In this document: positions 26,958 to 35,974 of the stretch, piece after piece
Numbering within the stretch: the stretch's first letter is position 1
Layout: each line of letters starts with the position of its first letter
IMG/VR virus record: IMGVR_UViG_3300005537_000022
Location: 1-64,000 of that record
Length of the DNA: 64,000 nucleotides
From: a virus
Reading direction: 5' to 3' (one strand)
The notes under the pieces: model-generated
The model's database searches: none
Seen by the model: only the letters and a program-made list of their open reading frames with translations
Told to the model about the DNA's origin: nothing
Made by a program: the position numbers and the translations under genes

Positions 26958-27800
26958 CTAGACGGCGAGCAGCGCCGCCCAGGTCAGCGGGCCGACCTTG
27001 CCGTCAGGGTAGAGCCCACGCGCCGTCTGGAATGCCTCCACCGCGGCGAGGGTTTCCAGGTCGAACGTCCCGTTGACCGTCACGGCGTGGCCGCGGGCGC
27101 ACAGGAGCCCCTGGACGGTCCGCACGGTCTCCGCGCCGGGGAAGCCGCTGATCACGAGCGGCAGCCTCTTCAGGAACGGGTCTTCCCATGCCGGGGGCAC
27201 TGGCGGCTGCTTCTTCACGTAGGACGCGATCCACGTGCCGAGCTGCTCTGCGGTGCCGTTGAACGCGTCGGCGTCCCCGCCGTCCGTGCCGCCCCCGTCG
27301 CGCCACTGCCAGAACGTCCAGCCGTCCCACGGGGCGACCGACGCCGGGGCGGCGGGCTCGAACCAGGCGATCCACAGCGGGTAGCCCGCGCAGTCCGCCA
27401 GGCCGGCGAGCGACGACAGGTCCGAGTAGGCGAGCACCGGCGACCGCGGCCCCGCGAGCTCCGCCGTCTTGCCGAGGAACGCCTTCGCCTGGGCCCCGGT
27501 GACGCCGGCGTAGTCCGACAGGGACACGGCGAGCATGTCGCCCGGCTTCAGCCCCTGGGCGGCGACGGTGGCGACGAAATGCTCCGCCTGGGCCACGGGG
27601 TCATCGGCGGTGAACTCGTGATACGCACCGCGCCAGATCCGGGCCGATCCGATGGCGGACCAGTTGGCGGCGAAGTGCGGATCAACTCCGGTGACGCCAT
27701 TGGTCGCCTTGCAAAAGGCGAAGTGCAGCCCGCTCAGCATCTCCTCGTCAACCGGCTGCTGGTATGCGCTGACATCGACTCCCTGGGCGCTGTCCGTCAT
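26958..27800 (-). CDS. endolysin: GH25 muramidase plus peptidoglycan-binding domain
   Basis: GVDVSAYQ, KAT.G, RGAYH, LWIA, WTFWQW, DAD.F; C-terminal FQ.ARGL.PDGKVGPLTW. Confidence 0.92.
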   Translation of the reverse strand: MTDSAQGVDVSAYQQPVDEEMLSGLHFAFCKATNGVTGVDPHFAANWSAIGSARIWRGAYHEFTADDPVAQAEHFVATVAAQGLKPGDMLAVSLSDYAGVTGAQAKAFLGKTAELAGPRSPVLAYSDLSSLAGLADCAGYPLWIAWFEPAAPASVAPWDGWTFWQWRDGGGTDGGDADAFNGTAEQLGTWIASYVKKQPPVPPAWEDPFLKRLPLVISGFPGAETVRTVQGLLCARGHAVTVNGTFDLETLAAVEAFQTARGLYPDGKVGPLTWAALLAV

Positions 27801-27821
27801 CGCCAGAGCACCTCTCCTCGT

Positions 27822-28370
27822 TTATGCGCGGCGGGAACCCAGTGCTTCGCTCGCGCGCCGCTGCTTCCGTCGTTGACGTTGATAGGCCGCCCCGCGGGCG
27901 CGCATGCAAATGCGGCAGTAGCGTCCGCCGCGTCCCGGGTCGACGTAGGTGTTTTCCGTGCTGTACTCGTGACCCTGCGGGCAGTGGGTCTTCCCGGCGT
28001 TGTTGCGACCATGCTCAACCATGTCCCGCATGTTTTCCGAATGGGTGCCCCATTCCAGATTGGAAACGGCATTGTCGGATGGATCGCCATTGCGGTGACA
28101 GCCCTCAGTACCTTCCGGGGCCGGGCCGACGAATGTCTCCAGCACGAGCCGGTGCACGTACTTGGTAACAGGCGTGCTGTGCTGCCAGAAGTTCACGTAG
28201 AGGTGGCCTCGCGCGCCTCGTCCGGGCTTCAAGATGCGCCCGCTGCTGAGATACGGCTTGCCGCCATTCGTTATATAGCGATCCACGCTCCGCACACGGC
28301 CGAGGTCGCTGACCTCGTAGAACCCTTCCCAGCCGGTGACGGACGCCCAGCGTTCACTAAGCTCACCCAT
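27822..28370 (-). CDS. NUMOD4-HNH homing endonuclease
   Basis: YEVSDLGRVRS, VHRLV..FVG, CHRNGD..DN..NLEWGT..EN, KTHCPQGH Zn finger; lower GC. Confidence 0.92.
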   Translation of the reverse strand: MGELSERWASVTGWEGFYEVSDLGRVRSVDRYITNGGKPYLSSGRILKPGRGARGHLYVNFWQHSTPVTKYVHRLVLETFVGPAPEGTEGCHRNGDPSDNAVSNLEWGTHSENMRDMVEHGRNNAGKTHCPQGHEYSTENTYVDPGRGGRYCRICMRARGAAYQRQRRKQRRASEALGSRRA

Positions 28371-28481
28371 GTCGGTCTGCTCCTCAGATCGGCCAAGCCC
28401 CGGGGTGCTCGCAACGCCGCCGGGGCACTTAGAACATTTTATCGCTTATCTGGCTTGATAGTGGCGAGATCAATGCACGCG

Positions 28482-28874
28482 CTAGCTACGCCCATGACCG
28501 TCCTTCCCTGCCGCGATCTTCGCGAGCGCGGCCTTGATCTCGTCGACCGTGTTGTGGATGGACGTGAGCGCCTGATGGTCGGCGTCCGCCTTGGCGTTCT
28601 GGGACTTGCCGAGCTGGTTGCCGACGAAGGTCATGACCGCGCAGAAAACGAGCTGGACCCCGTTTGACCAGTACAGCATGTGGTTCTGCGTGCCGTTGGA
28701 GACGACCGCGCCGAGCATCGAGTAGAGGGCGAAGATCCAGATCGCGGCGGCCGAGCCGTAGAAGGCGGCGACCTTGAATGCCGCTGCCCTGTTCAGTTTC
28801 TGGGCTGCGCTGCTTTCGCGCTTCAGGAGTTCGCGGGGGTGCGGGACGTGCGCATGCGGGCGCGGGGCGGTCAT
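28482..28874 (-). CDS. 2-TM membrane protein (DUF1003-like), holin candidate
   Basis: YGS..IWIF, WSN.VQLV..FVGN, ADADH coiled tail; next to the lysin. Confidence 0.65.
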   Translation of the reverse strand: MTAPRPHAHVPHPRELLKRESSAAQKLNRAAAFKVAAFYGSAAAIWIFALYSMLGAVVSNGTQNHMLYWSNGVQLVFCAVMTFVGNQLGKSQNAKADADHQALTSIHNTVDEIKAALAKIAAGKDGHGRS

Positions 28875-29065
28875 CGGTACGCCTCCGTGTTCTCTGGACT
28901 GGCGCATGCGGCCGTGAGGACAGGCGGTGCGCCTGGCCGTGGTCCCGTCCGGGCCGGGACGCCTGCGGGCGGATCCTCGGACGGCGGCGTGCCCGCCCCC
29001 GAAATCCGGGTGACCGTGATACTGCCGCCGTTCGCCATGGTGCTGGTCCTCGTGAAGGCGGTCAC
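28871..29065 (-). CDS. small hypothetical protein
   Basis: 4-nt overlaps with both neighbours. Confidence 0.45.
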   Translation of the reverse strand: MTAFTRTSTMANGGSITVTRISGAGTPPSEDPPAGVPARTGPRPGAPPVLTAACASPENTEAYR

Positions 29066-29478
29066 GCCGTCCCCCAGTCGGGCGTTCCGTCGCCGCCGCC
29101 CGCGAAGATCCGCGCAGCGGCACCGTCCATGCCGAGCGGGTTGCGGGGCTTGCCGCCGAACCGTGCACGGGCCTCAGTGGCCCGCTGCACCTGGAAGTCG
29201 ATCTTGAGACCGCCCGTGCGCTCGCCCAGGTAGGCGCCGATCGCGACGCACAGGAGTTCCCAGCGCTCGCGCGTCGGGCATGCCTCCGCGAACTCGTCGT
29301 CGTCGAGTATCAGGCGCACGTCGATATCCCGTGGCGGAGTCCCGTCGTTGCCGACCCCGGCCGAGCCGACCAGGTACGGGTGCTCGCCGCCGAACGCCCT
29401 GCTGACCACCCGGCACGCCTGGTCGAGATGGTAAAGCTCCGTGGTCGTCAGCAGGTCGGTGCGGCGCTTCGCGCTCAT
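29062..29478 (-). CDS. minimal Pol-beta superfamily nucleotidyltransferase
   Basis: YLVGS...RDIDVRLIL...IDFQ (GS, DxD, third D). Confidence 0.75.
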   Translation of the reverse strand: MSAKRRTDLLTTTELYHLDQACRVVSRAFGGEHPYLVGSAGVGNDGTPPRDIDVRLILDDDEFAEACPTRERWELLCVAIGAYLGERTGGLKIDFQVQRATEARARFGGKPRNPLGMDGAAARIFAGGGDGTPDWGTA

Positions 29479-29789
29479 GCGTCGACCAGTTCGCCGCCGC
29501 GGATCCAGCCGTGCCACGGCCGGTTCGGGTCGGTGTCGTTGATCGACGGATTGACCGTGATGTTCGGGGCCTCGCCGGTTACCGTCCAGCAGGCACCGGA
29601 GGCTGACGCGATGCCCGAATACCAGACCGTCATGTTCGGCAGCACAACAGCCCAGCACTCGTGCACGAACCACATGTCGCCCGGCTTCAGGTCCGGGTGC
29701 GGCGCATCAGCCTCGGGCGTTCCGGGCACCGGCAGGCGCGGGCCGCCGATATCCGGCACGGGAACGATGCGCAGCGGGATGCCGGTCAC
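29475..29789 (-). CDS. DUF6527-like protein
   Basis: WTVTG..PNITVNPSI...WHGWIRGG. Confidence 0.65.
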   Translation of the reverse strand: MTGIPLRIVPVPDIGGPRLPVPGTPEADAPHPDLKPGDMWFVHECWAVVLPNMTVWYSGIASASGACWTVTGEAPNITVNPSINDTDPNRPWHGWIRGGELVDA

Positions 29790-30331
29790 TTCGCCGCCTT
29801 CGCCGCGGCGGCGGTCAGCATCGCCTCGTGGATGAGGTCGATCTTCGCCCGCGCGTCGGCTGCCTGGACCCGGTCGCGGGTGACGGTCAGTTCGTTGTCT
29901 TGCAGCGTCTCGCCTGCCGCCGACAAGTTCGTCGACCCGGTTACCCGGTAAAGCATGTCGATCACGGCGACCTTAAGGTGCATGATCCGGTGCTTTTCCG
30001 ACTGGCCGATCGCGATGGAGTTCGACGGGAATGCGGACTTGGCGAGGATGTTCCGCTCGTGCACTCCAGCGGCCTGCGATGAGTCGAGCGTCAGCGACAC
30101 GTAGCAGCCAGGGTCATCGAGCCGGTCATGGACGGCCGCCGCGATCTCGTCGTCAGCAAACCCGTACATCGCCAGTATCAGGCTGTGGGTCGCGGAACGG
30201 ATCATCGTCATGAGCACGCCGTGGAGGTCGTCGTCTGGCGCCCAGAATGTGTAGGTGTCCTTGGGCTGGTCCGGTGGCCACGGGCCGCGCTTGCGGTATC
30301 CGGCGAGCTCGGACAGGTCAGCGAGGGCCAT
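29786..30331 (-). CDS. phospholipase D (single HKD, Nuc-like) protein
   Basis: AMYGF, MHLKVAVID...TGSTNLS...QDNE. Confidence 0.88.
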   Translation of the reverse strand: MALADLSELAGYRKRGPWPPDQPKDTYTFWAPDDDLHGVLMTMIRSATHSLILAMYGFADDEIAAAVHDRLDDPGCYVSLTLDSSQAAGVHERNILAKSAFPSNSIAIGQSEKHRIMHLKVAVIDMLYRVTGSTNLSAAGETLQDNELTVTRDRVQAADARAKIDLIHEAMLTAAAAKAAK

Positions 30332-30453
30332 GCAGCCTCCTTGCCGCGAAGTTGATGAGGGAGAGGCCCGCCCCGCCCGCTGACGTCGCTCGGCTTCACG
30401 GGCGGCTGGGTCGGGTCAAAGCGACAGAAGGCCCCGAGACTGGCCTCTCCCGG

Positions 30454-30807
30454 TCAGGGGGCGGCATCCGGGGAACGGTGCCGTGCGAGCTGACGGCGGA
30501 CCCGGATGTCAAGCGCGGAATTGACGAGCCATATCGCCTGGACGCCGCTGAACACGATGAGGGCTTCCGGGCTGAGAGTGCCCGCGCCGGGGATCCGGAC
30601 GCCGATGATGTCGAGCAGCGCGACCGCCGAGTAGACCGCGGCGGCCAGGACCCGGCACGCCGCGGTGCGGACGTAGCCGCGCCCGGCGAGCCCCTCGGCG
30701 GCGTAGGAGGCGTGCTGCCGGCGCAGGTGGACGAGGGCACCGGACTGGAGGACCAGCGATGTCCACGACACCAGCAGCATCAGCAGCAGGAGCGCCCGGC
30801 CCGTCAC
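30454..30807 (-). CDS. membrane protein (3 TM), holin candidate
   Basis: three hydrophobic helices in the lysis region. Confidence 0.65.
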   Translation of the reverse strand: MTGRALLLLMLLVSWTSLVLQSGALVHLRRQHASYAAEGLAGRGYVRTAACRVLAAAVYSAVALLDIIGVRIPGAGTLSPEALIVFSGVQAIWLVNSALDIRVRRQLARHRSPDAAP

Positions 30808-31139
30808 GGGCCGGGGCCGCGCAGGGCCCGCTGGAGCGCGGCGACTTCCGCCTCAAGCTCGGTGATCCGCTTGCGCGCCCCGTCGAGCTGGGCCTGGTAG
30901 TCGCCCCTCAGCCCGTCGAGCTGCCGCTGGTAGTCGGCCCGCTGCCGTTCCAGTTCCCCTGTCACCCGCTTGATCTCGGCCTGGAGGGCTTCGTTCAGCT
31001 CCGCCCATGAGGAGACCGCGTCGCGTTTCTCGTCGCCGGCGTCCTTGCTCTTGACGAGGCGCACGGGGACCACGTAGGCGGCGACGAGGGCGCCCGCGCC
31101 GAGAACAAGCTCGGTGAGGAGCGTCGGGTCAACCGCCAT
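30804..31139 (-). CDS. N-terminal TM plus coiled-coil protein (lysis accessory)
   Basis: single TM followed by heptad repeats. Confidence 0.75.
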   Translation of the reverse strand: MAVDPTLLTELVLGAGALVAAYVVPVRLVKSKDAGDEKRDAVSSWAELNEALQAEIKRVTGELERQRADYQRQLDGLRGDYQAQLDGARKRITELEAEVAALQRALRGPGP

Positions 31140-31596
31140 TGCCGTCTTCCGCGTCGCGGGGGCGGGACGGGACGAGCACTTCCCGGTAGTCGAGGAGGAC
31201 GGCGGCCCGTGCCAGCAGGTAGGCGTTGAACGCCCATGAAACCCAGGTTTCCGGGGTGGTGGAATCGTTGGTGGCCCACCGGACGATGAACGCGAGCGTC
31301 CATGCCAGGGTGATGATCCCGGCCGCGGTCAGGGCGGCGACGGACAGCCACCGCATCCGGTAGGCGGCGACGGCGGCGAGCAGGGCGGCGGACACGCACG
31401 CGAAGCACAGTCCCCACGCGGGGGCGGGCATGATCGCGAGGAGGTTGCTGTAGGCGGGGGTCCGGGACCACCGGGCGCCCTGGAGGAGGAGGGAGAGGGC
31501 GTAGATCCCGTACCCGGTGCCGATGACGGTCATGTTGGCGCGGCTCGCCCCGATGGTGCGGGCGAACGGCCTGGACAGCCTGGGCATCGTGAGCAC
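31129..31596 (-). CDS. 4-TM membrane protein, holin candidate
   Basis: four hydrophobic helices; start 31596 or 31587. Confidence 0.7.
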   Translation of the reverse strand: MLTMPRLSRPFARTIGASRANMTVIGTGYGIYALSLLLQGARWSRTPAYSNLLAIMPAPAWGLCFACVSAALLAAVAAYRMRWLSVAALTAAGIITLAWTLAFIVRWATNDSTTPETWVSWAFNAYLLARAAVLLDYREVLVPSRPRDAEDGNGG

Positions 31597-31630
31597 CCCC
31601 TGGCTGCGTGCGGATGCGGGATCACGGCGG

Positions 31631-33556
31631 TCAGGCGAGCTGGGCGAGCCCGGACGGCTGCCCGGAGGAGTACGTCACCTGCGTGACGGCGGGCAGCATG
31701 GCCGCCGGGGAGCCGGGCGGGAACGCGGTCGCCTCGAGGACGCCGAGGAGCTGCCCGGTCGATGACCCGTAGGCGAGGGTGACGGCGCGGGCCCCGGAGT
31801 CGTCCAGCAGGTGCATGAGCGGGCCGGACGGGGACTGGTCGTAGATGTCGGCCGGGATGACGTGCCCGGCGTGGGCGGTCCACGGGCCGCCGCTGCCGGG
31901 TGCCGAGTACAGCCACGGGGCAAGCCCGGATGACGCCATCTCCCCGAGTTGCAGGTAGTTCACTGCCGCGTCGCCTCCGGCCTGGTGGAAGACCAGGTGG
32001 TAAGTGGATCCGGCGACCAGGCCGGAGGCGGCCAGCGGCACCGGCACCATGGGCACCGGCTGCAGAAGCCCGAGCTGGTAGGAGGTGAGCTGGAAGGTGA
32101 ACGCCTCCCAGTTCCCGGCGAGCCCGGACGGGTAGGCGGCGCACTGGAAGGTGCCGGCCACGTCTCCCCAGTCCTGGAGCTGCCACTGCGGGGCGGGCCC
32201 GTCGGCGGTGAACGACAGGATCTGGGTGCACGCGGAGGCGGTCGGCGTGTTGGAGTTGAGGCCGGAGATGATGAGGAGGACGTTCCCGGCGGTCGCCTGG
32301 TTCCAGCCGGGGACGAACGCGGCCGCCGGCTCGGGCAGCGGCGGGCCGGGCGCCCAGGACTGGAGCGACCCGTCGGGGTTGATGCCCGCGATCCACGTCT
32401 CTGCGAGGAAAGTTCCGGAGGAGTCGGTGCCCCCGGTGATGACCAGCCAGTTCCCGATGACGGCGCAGAACGGCCGGTACAGGCCGCGGGGCAGCGACTG
32501 GCAGGTTACCCACGCGGAGATCTGCCCGTTGCTGACTTGCGCCCGGTAGACGGCCGGGGACGCGGTGGACGCTCCCCCGGTCGCGGTGGCGCCGCACGCG
32601 AGGTAGACCGTGTCGTTCCAGGCGGCCATGCCCGCGCAGACCGCGGGCTGCGGGAGGGCCTGCTGCGCGGACCAGGCGCCCACGGTGCCGGTGCCGGGCG
32701 CCCACGGCGCGGTCCACACGTTCGCGAAGGCGGTCGAGCCGGAGAACCCGCCGGCGACGACGATGGTGTCGGGGGTCGCGGCGGCGCACACGGTGGAGGC
32801 GGCCTGCGGCAGCGGCGGCTGGGGGATGGCGCCGGAGACGGCGCTGCCGCCGAGGTACTGGACGGCGGAGACGCCGGTGATCGCGGCGAGGGTCACCCCG
32901 TCGGCCCCGCCGACGAACAGGGTCCAGTTCCCGCTGGTGACGGGGGTGGCGTAGTTGCCGGCCCCGTTGGCGGACACGGCCGGCTGGCTCCACGTCGTCG
33001 CGAACGCCGTCCCGAGGCAGGCGGTGTTGTACCGGGACAGGGCGAGGGGGCCGGCGGCGGCGAGGCCGGACGGGGCGGACAGGGCGGTGATGTGCGCGGC
33101 GGGCACGGTCGCCTGGGCGGCCGGCGATGACGTGCGGGGGGCGCCCGACCCGTTGTCCGGGTACAGGGTCACCTGGAGGTCGGCGCCGTTCCCCGCGGCC
33201 AGGACGGGCACCTGGACGCGGCCGACCTGGTTCGAGCCGAACGGCATCGTGAACGGCTGGTCGACGTCATGCAGCGGCAGCGCGCCGATGCCCCCGATGG
33301 ACGACGGCGGGAGCCAGAAGAAGTTGCCGGCCGACGGCGTCCCGCTCACGGACGCGGCGGTCCAGATCCGGTTCCCGGCGTACAGGGGGACGATGCCGTG
33401 CACCGTGAGGAACTGGGCGACCTGGACCGCCGCGTTGACCGCGCCGGCGTCGGCCGGCATGCCGGCCCGCGCCGCCTGCCAGTACGGGCTGACGTACGGC
33501 GGGCTGGGATAGGAGCCGTAGTTGGCGTAGTACTGCGCCGGGTAGAGGTCGCTCAC
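31631..33556 (-). CDS. minor tail protein with kelch-like beta-propeller
   Basis: repeated hhhGG...W...LP blades; position in the tail module. Confidence 0.75.
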   Translation of the reverse strand: MSDLYPAQYYANYGSYPSPPYVSPYWQAARAGMPADAGAVNAAVQVAQFLTVHGIVPLYAGNRIWTAASVSGTPSAGNFFWLPPSSIGGIGALPLHDVDQPFTMPFGSNQVGRVQVPVLAAGNGADLQVTLYPDNGSGAPRTSSPAAQATVPAAHITALSAPSGLAAAGPLALSRYNTACLGTAFATTWSQPAVSANGAGNYATPVTSGNWTLFVGGADGVTLAAITGVSAVQYLGGSAVSGAIPQPPLPQAASTVCAAATPDTIVVAGGFSGSTAFANVWTAPWAPGTGTVGAWSAQQALPQPAVCAGMAAWNDTVYLACGATATGGASTASPAVYRAQVSNGQISAWVTCQSLPRGLYRPFCAVIGNWLVITGGTDSSGTFLAETWIAGINPDGSLQSWAPGPPLPEPAAAFVPGWNQATAGNVLLIISGLNSNTPTASACTQILSFTADGPAPQWQLQDWGDVAGTFQCAAYPSGLAGNWEAFTFQLTSYQLGLLQPVPMVPVPLAASGLVAGSTYHLVFHQAGGDAAVNYLQLGEMASSGLAPWLYSAPGSGGPWTAHAGHVIPADIYDQSPSGPLMHLLDDSGARAVTLAYGSSTGQLLGVLEATAFPPGSPAAMLPAVTQVTYSSGQPSGLAQLA

Positions 33557-33558
33557 GG

Positions 33559-35403
33559 CTAGCTCGCCGGATATGCCTGGACCGGCTCGACCGAGTAGCC
33601 GTCGCAGGTGATCGTCGGGGAGCCGGCAGCCGACGCCCATGCCGCGTTCAGGACGATCGCCTGGGCGGACTGCGTGCTGACCGTGATGCTGGGGTTGGAG
33701 TGCTGGGACGCCGCGCCGTTCCACGCGTACTTCTCGTTGGCGGAGAAGGTGCCCGACGTGCCGGTGGCGGTGACCGTGATCAGCGCCTCGTATTCCCACG
33801 TGAAGCTGGCGGCGGCGGCCGGGTTGGTGCCCGGCGTCCAGGTGCCGAGGGACGCGGAGCCGAGCTTGGCCTGGAGGCTGAGGTTAACGGCCGTGCCCGC
33901 GGCCTGCGTGCCGTGGCCCCACGCCCGGACGCGGTAGACCTTGTTCGTCACCATGTCATAGGCGGGAACGGTCACCGATCCGGACAGGGCCGTGAGGGTC
34001 ACCACGGTCACCGTGGCGCCCTGGCCGGCCGAGGAGTCCGCCAGGCCCAGGCCGATGTTCCCGCGCTTCATCACGATGCCAGCCGTGCCGTTGTCGACGA
34101 CGGCGGCCGTGCCGTACCCGGTGCCCGGCCCCTTGGAGTTGCTGAGCGTCACCTCGGTCGCGCCGGAGGCCACGTAGACGGCGGAACGCGGAACGCTGCC
34201 GCTGCCCAGGCCCGCGTTGGCATTGACATTGAAGTGGCAGGCGTCGATTGTCACCTGCGCGACGCCGCTCGCGATGTTGATCTCGTCGTAGGTGTTGCTC
34301 GCGAACTTGTAGCCGCTGCCGCCGCCGAACACGCAGTCCGTGATCGTGTACCCGGTGCCCCCGTTGATGGCGATCGAGTGCCCCGGCTGGCCGATGAACT
34401 TGCACGCCACGACGGTCGCGTCACCCTGGAAGCTGCTGCCGAACAGCAGGCCGGGCACGTTTGCGGCGACCGCCGCGCCGGAGAAGATGCAGTCGTTGAG
34501 GTAGGCGTGCACGCCGTAATCGAACTCGACGGCGGCAATGCTGTGATTGTTCAGCTCCAGGTCGTAGGCGAAGAAGATGTGCGGCTGCTGGGGAATCGCG
34601 TCCTGCGTCCACAGGATGCCCCGGTCCCCGTCGTGGCAGATGACGTGCCGCAGGTTCACGCCGAGCGTCTGCCCCTGGAAGAGGACCGACGCGGCCGTGG
34701 CCACGCCGGTCCCGGCCGGCTGCCAGACGGACGTGTTCGTGACCTCGCACACCTGGCATTCGCCGGTGAAGGCGATCCCGTTGACGGCGGTGTACAGGTT
34801 GGCGTTGTCGATCAAGAGCTGGTTGCAGGCGTTGGCCACGATGCCCTGGTTGAGGCGCTGCGAGGCCCCGCCCTGGTAGAAGCCGCAGTTGCGGACCGCC
34901 CCGTAGTTCACCCCGGACAGGTACAGGCCGATGTCCGTGTCGGCGAACGCGCCCGGCCAGTGGTCGGAGTAGAACGACAGGTCGTCGATGATCACGGTGC
35001 CGTCGTTGCCGGACTGGCTGCCCCACGAGCCGGTCTGCGTGATCGACAGGCCGGTGACGCTCGTGCCCGTGGCCGCGAGACGGAGCTGGGTGGCCTGCGG
35101 GCCGTCCCCGGTGATCGCCAGCGGCGCGGTGCCCGAGTAGGTGAGCCCGGACGTGATCTTGTAGCTGCCGGCGGGGATGCGGATGCGGCCGCCGTAAGTG
35201 GCGCCCGCGACCGCGGTCAGGGCCGCCTGGAACGCGCCGGTGGAGTCGGCGGAGCCGGTCGGGTCGGCGCCCCCGGCGAGTGCCGTGTTCAGCACGTTCA
35301 GCGGGGCGCCGAGGCCGTTGAGGACGTCGGCTATGTTGTTGTGGTCGGGGGTGTGCCCCGGGTTGCCGACCGCGTGCGCGTCCGACGGGACGGTGAAGCT
35401 CAA
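33559..35403 (-). CDS. tailspike with pectate-lyase-like right-handed beta-helix
   Basis: GGADPTGSADSTGAFQAA, IPAGSYKI, C.F beta-helix rungs. Confidence 0.85.
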   Translation of the reverse strand: MSFTVPSDAHAVGNPGHTPDHNNIADVLNGLGAPLNVLNTALAGGADPTGSADSTGAFQAALTAVAGATYGGRIRIPAGSYKITSGLTYSGTAPLAITGDGPQATQLRLAATGTSVTGLSITQTGSWGSQSGNDGTVIIDDLSFYSDHWPGAFADTDIGLYLSGVNYGAVRNCGFYQGGASQRLNQGIVANACNQLLIDNANLYTAVNGIAFTGECQVCEVTNTSVWQPAGTGVATAASVLFQGQTLGVNLRHVICHDGDRGILWTQDAIPQQPHIFFAYDLELNNHSIAAVEFDYGVHAYLNDCIFSGAAVAANVPGLLFGSSFQGDATVVACKFIGQPGHSIAINGGTGYTITDCVFGGGSGYKFASNTYDEINIASGVAQVTIDACHFNVNANAGLGSGSVPRSAVYVASGATEVTLSNSKGPGTGYGTAAVVDNGTAGIVMKRGNIGLGLADSSAGQGATVTVVTLTALSGSVTVPAYDMVTNKVYRVRAWGHGTQAAGTAVNLSLQAKLGSASLGTWTPGTNPAAAASFTWEYEALITVTATGTSGTFSANEKYAWNGAASQHSNPSITVSTQSAQAIVLNAAWASAAGSPTITCDGYSVEPVQAYPAS

Positions 35404-35425
35404 CGCGGCGCTCCCCTCCGGCCGG

Positions 35426-35971
35426 TCACGGGGTGATGGTCAGGAACGTCGACCCGTAGGTCGCCAAACCCTGGCCGGAGGACGAGGCGCCGAACAGGTA
35501 GCCGAGCGCGATGTTGTCGGCGGCGGCCACGGTGAGGGTCTGGGACAGGGGGGCGAGCGGGACGGACCCGGAGCCGGGCGTGACGCTGCTGGCCGTCTCC
35601 CCGATCGCGCCGGCAAGCGCGAACCGGGCTGTCGTCGCCGACAGCACCCGGACGGTGAGGACCAGCCAGCCCGCGATCGTCGCGCCGGAGGAGAACGCCC
35701 CCGTGCCCACGGAGGGGGCCATCGACGTCCACGTCCCGGCGACGTCGACGGCGAACGCGAGCGCGTTCCCCTGCCACGTGCCGGTGAACTCGGTGCTGAT
35801 CATGTAGACGGTGCCGGCCGAGGGGGTGCCGGGGAGCATCGTCCAGAATTTCGTGAACGCGGTCGCGGTGGTGACGTTGCCGGGGTTGTAGGAGGTCGGG
35901 TCGGCGGAGCAGGCGACGGGGGCGTTGCCGCCGGTGAGGCTCGCGAGCAGCAGGACGGTCGCCGAGTCCAC
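35426..35971 (-). CDS. minor tail protein
   Basis: beta-rich; resembles the C-terminal domain type of the tailspike. Confidence 0.6.
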   Translation of the reverse strand: MDSATVLLLASLTGGNAPVACSADPTSYNPGNVTTATAFTKFWTMLPGTPSAGTVYMISTEFTGTWQGNALAFAVDVAGTWTSMAPSVGTGAFSSGATIAGWLVLTVRVLSATTARFALAGAIGETASSVTPGSGSVPLAPLSQTLTVAAADNIALGYLFGASSSGQGLATYGSTFLTITP

Positions 35972-35974
35972 GCC

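Noticed and set aside
27822-28370. Group I intron carrying the HNH
   Set aside because: Flanking lysin and membrane genes look complete, and too little non-coding sequence remains for a ribozyme core.
29062-29478. CBASS CD-NTase
   Set aside because: At 138 aa it is far too short and lacks the C-terminal helical lobe; only a minimal NTase fold.
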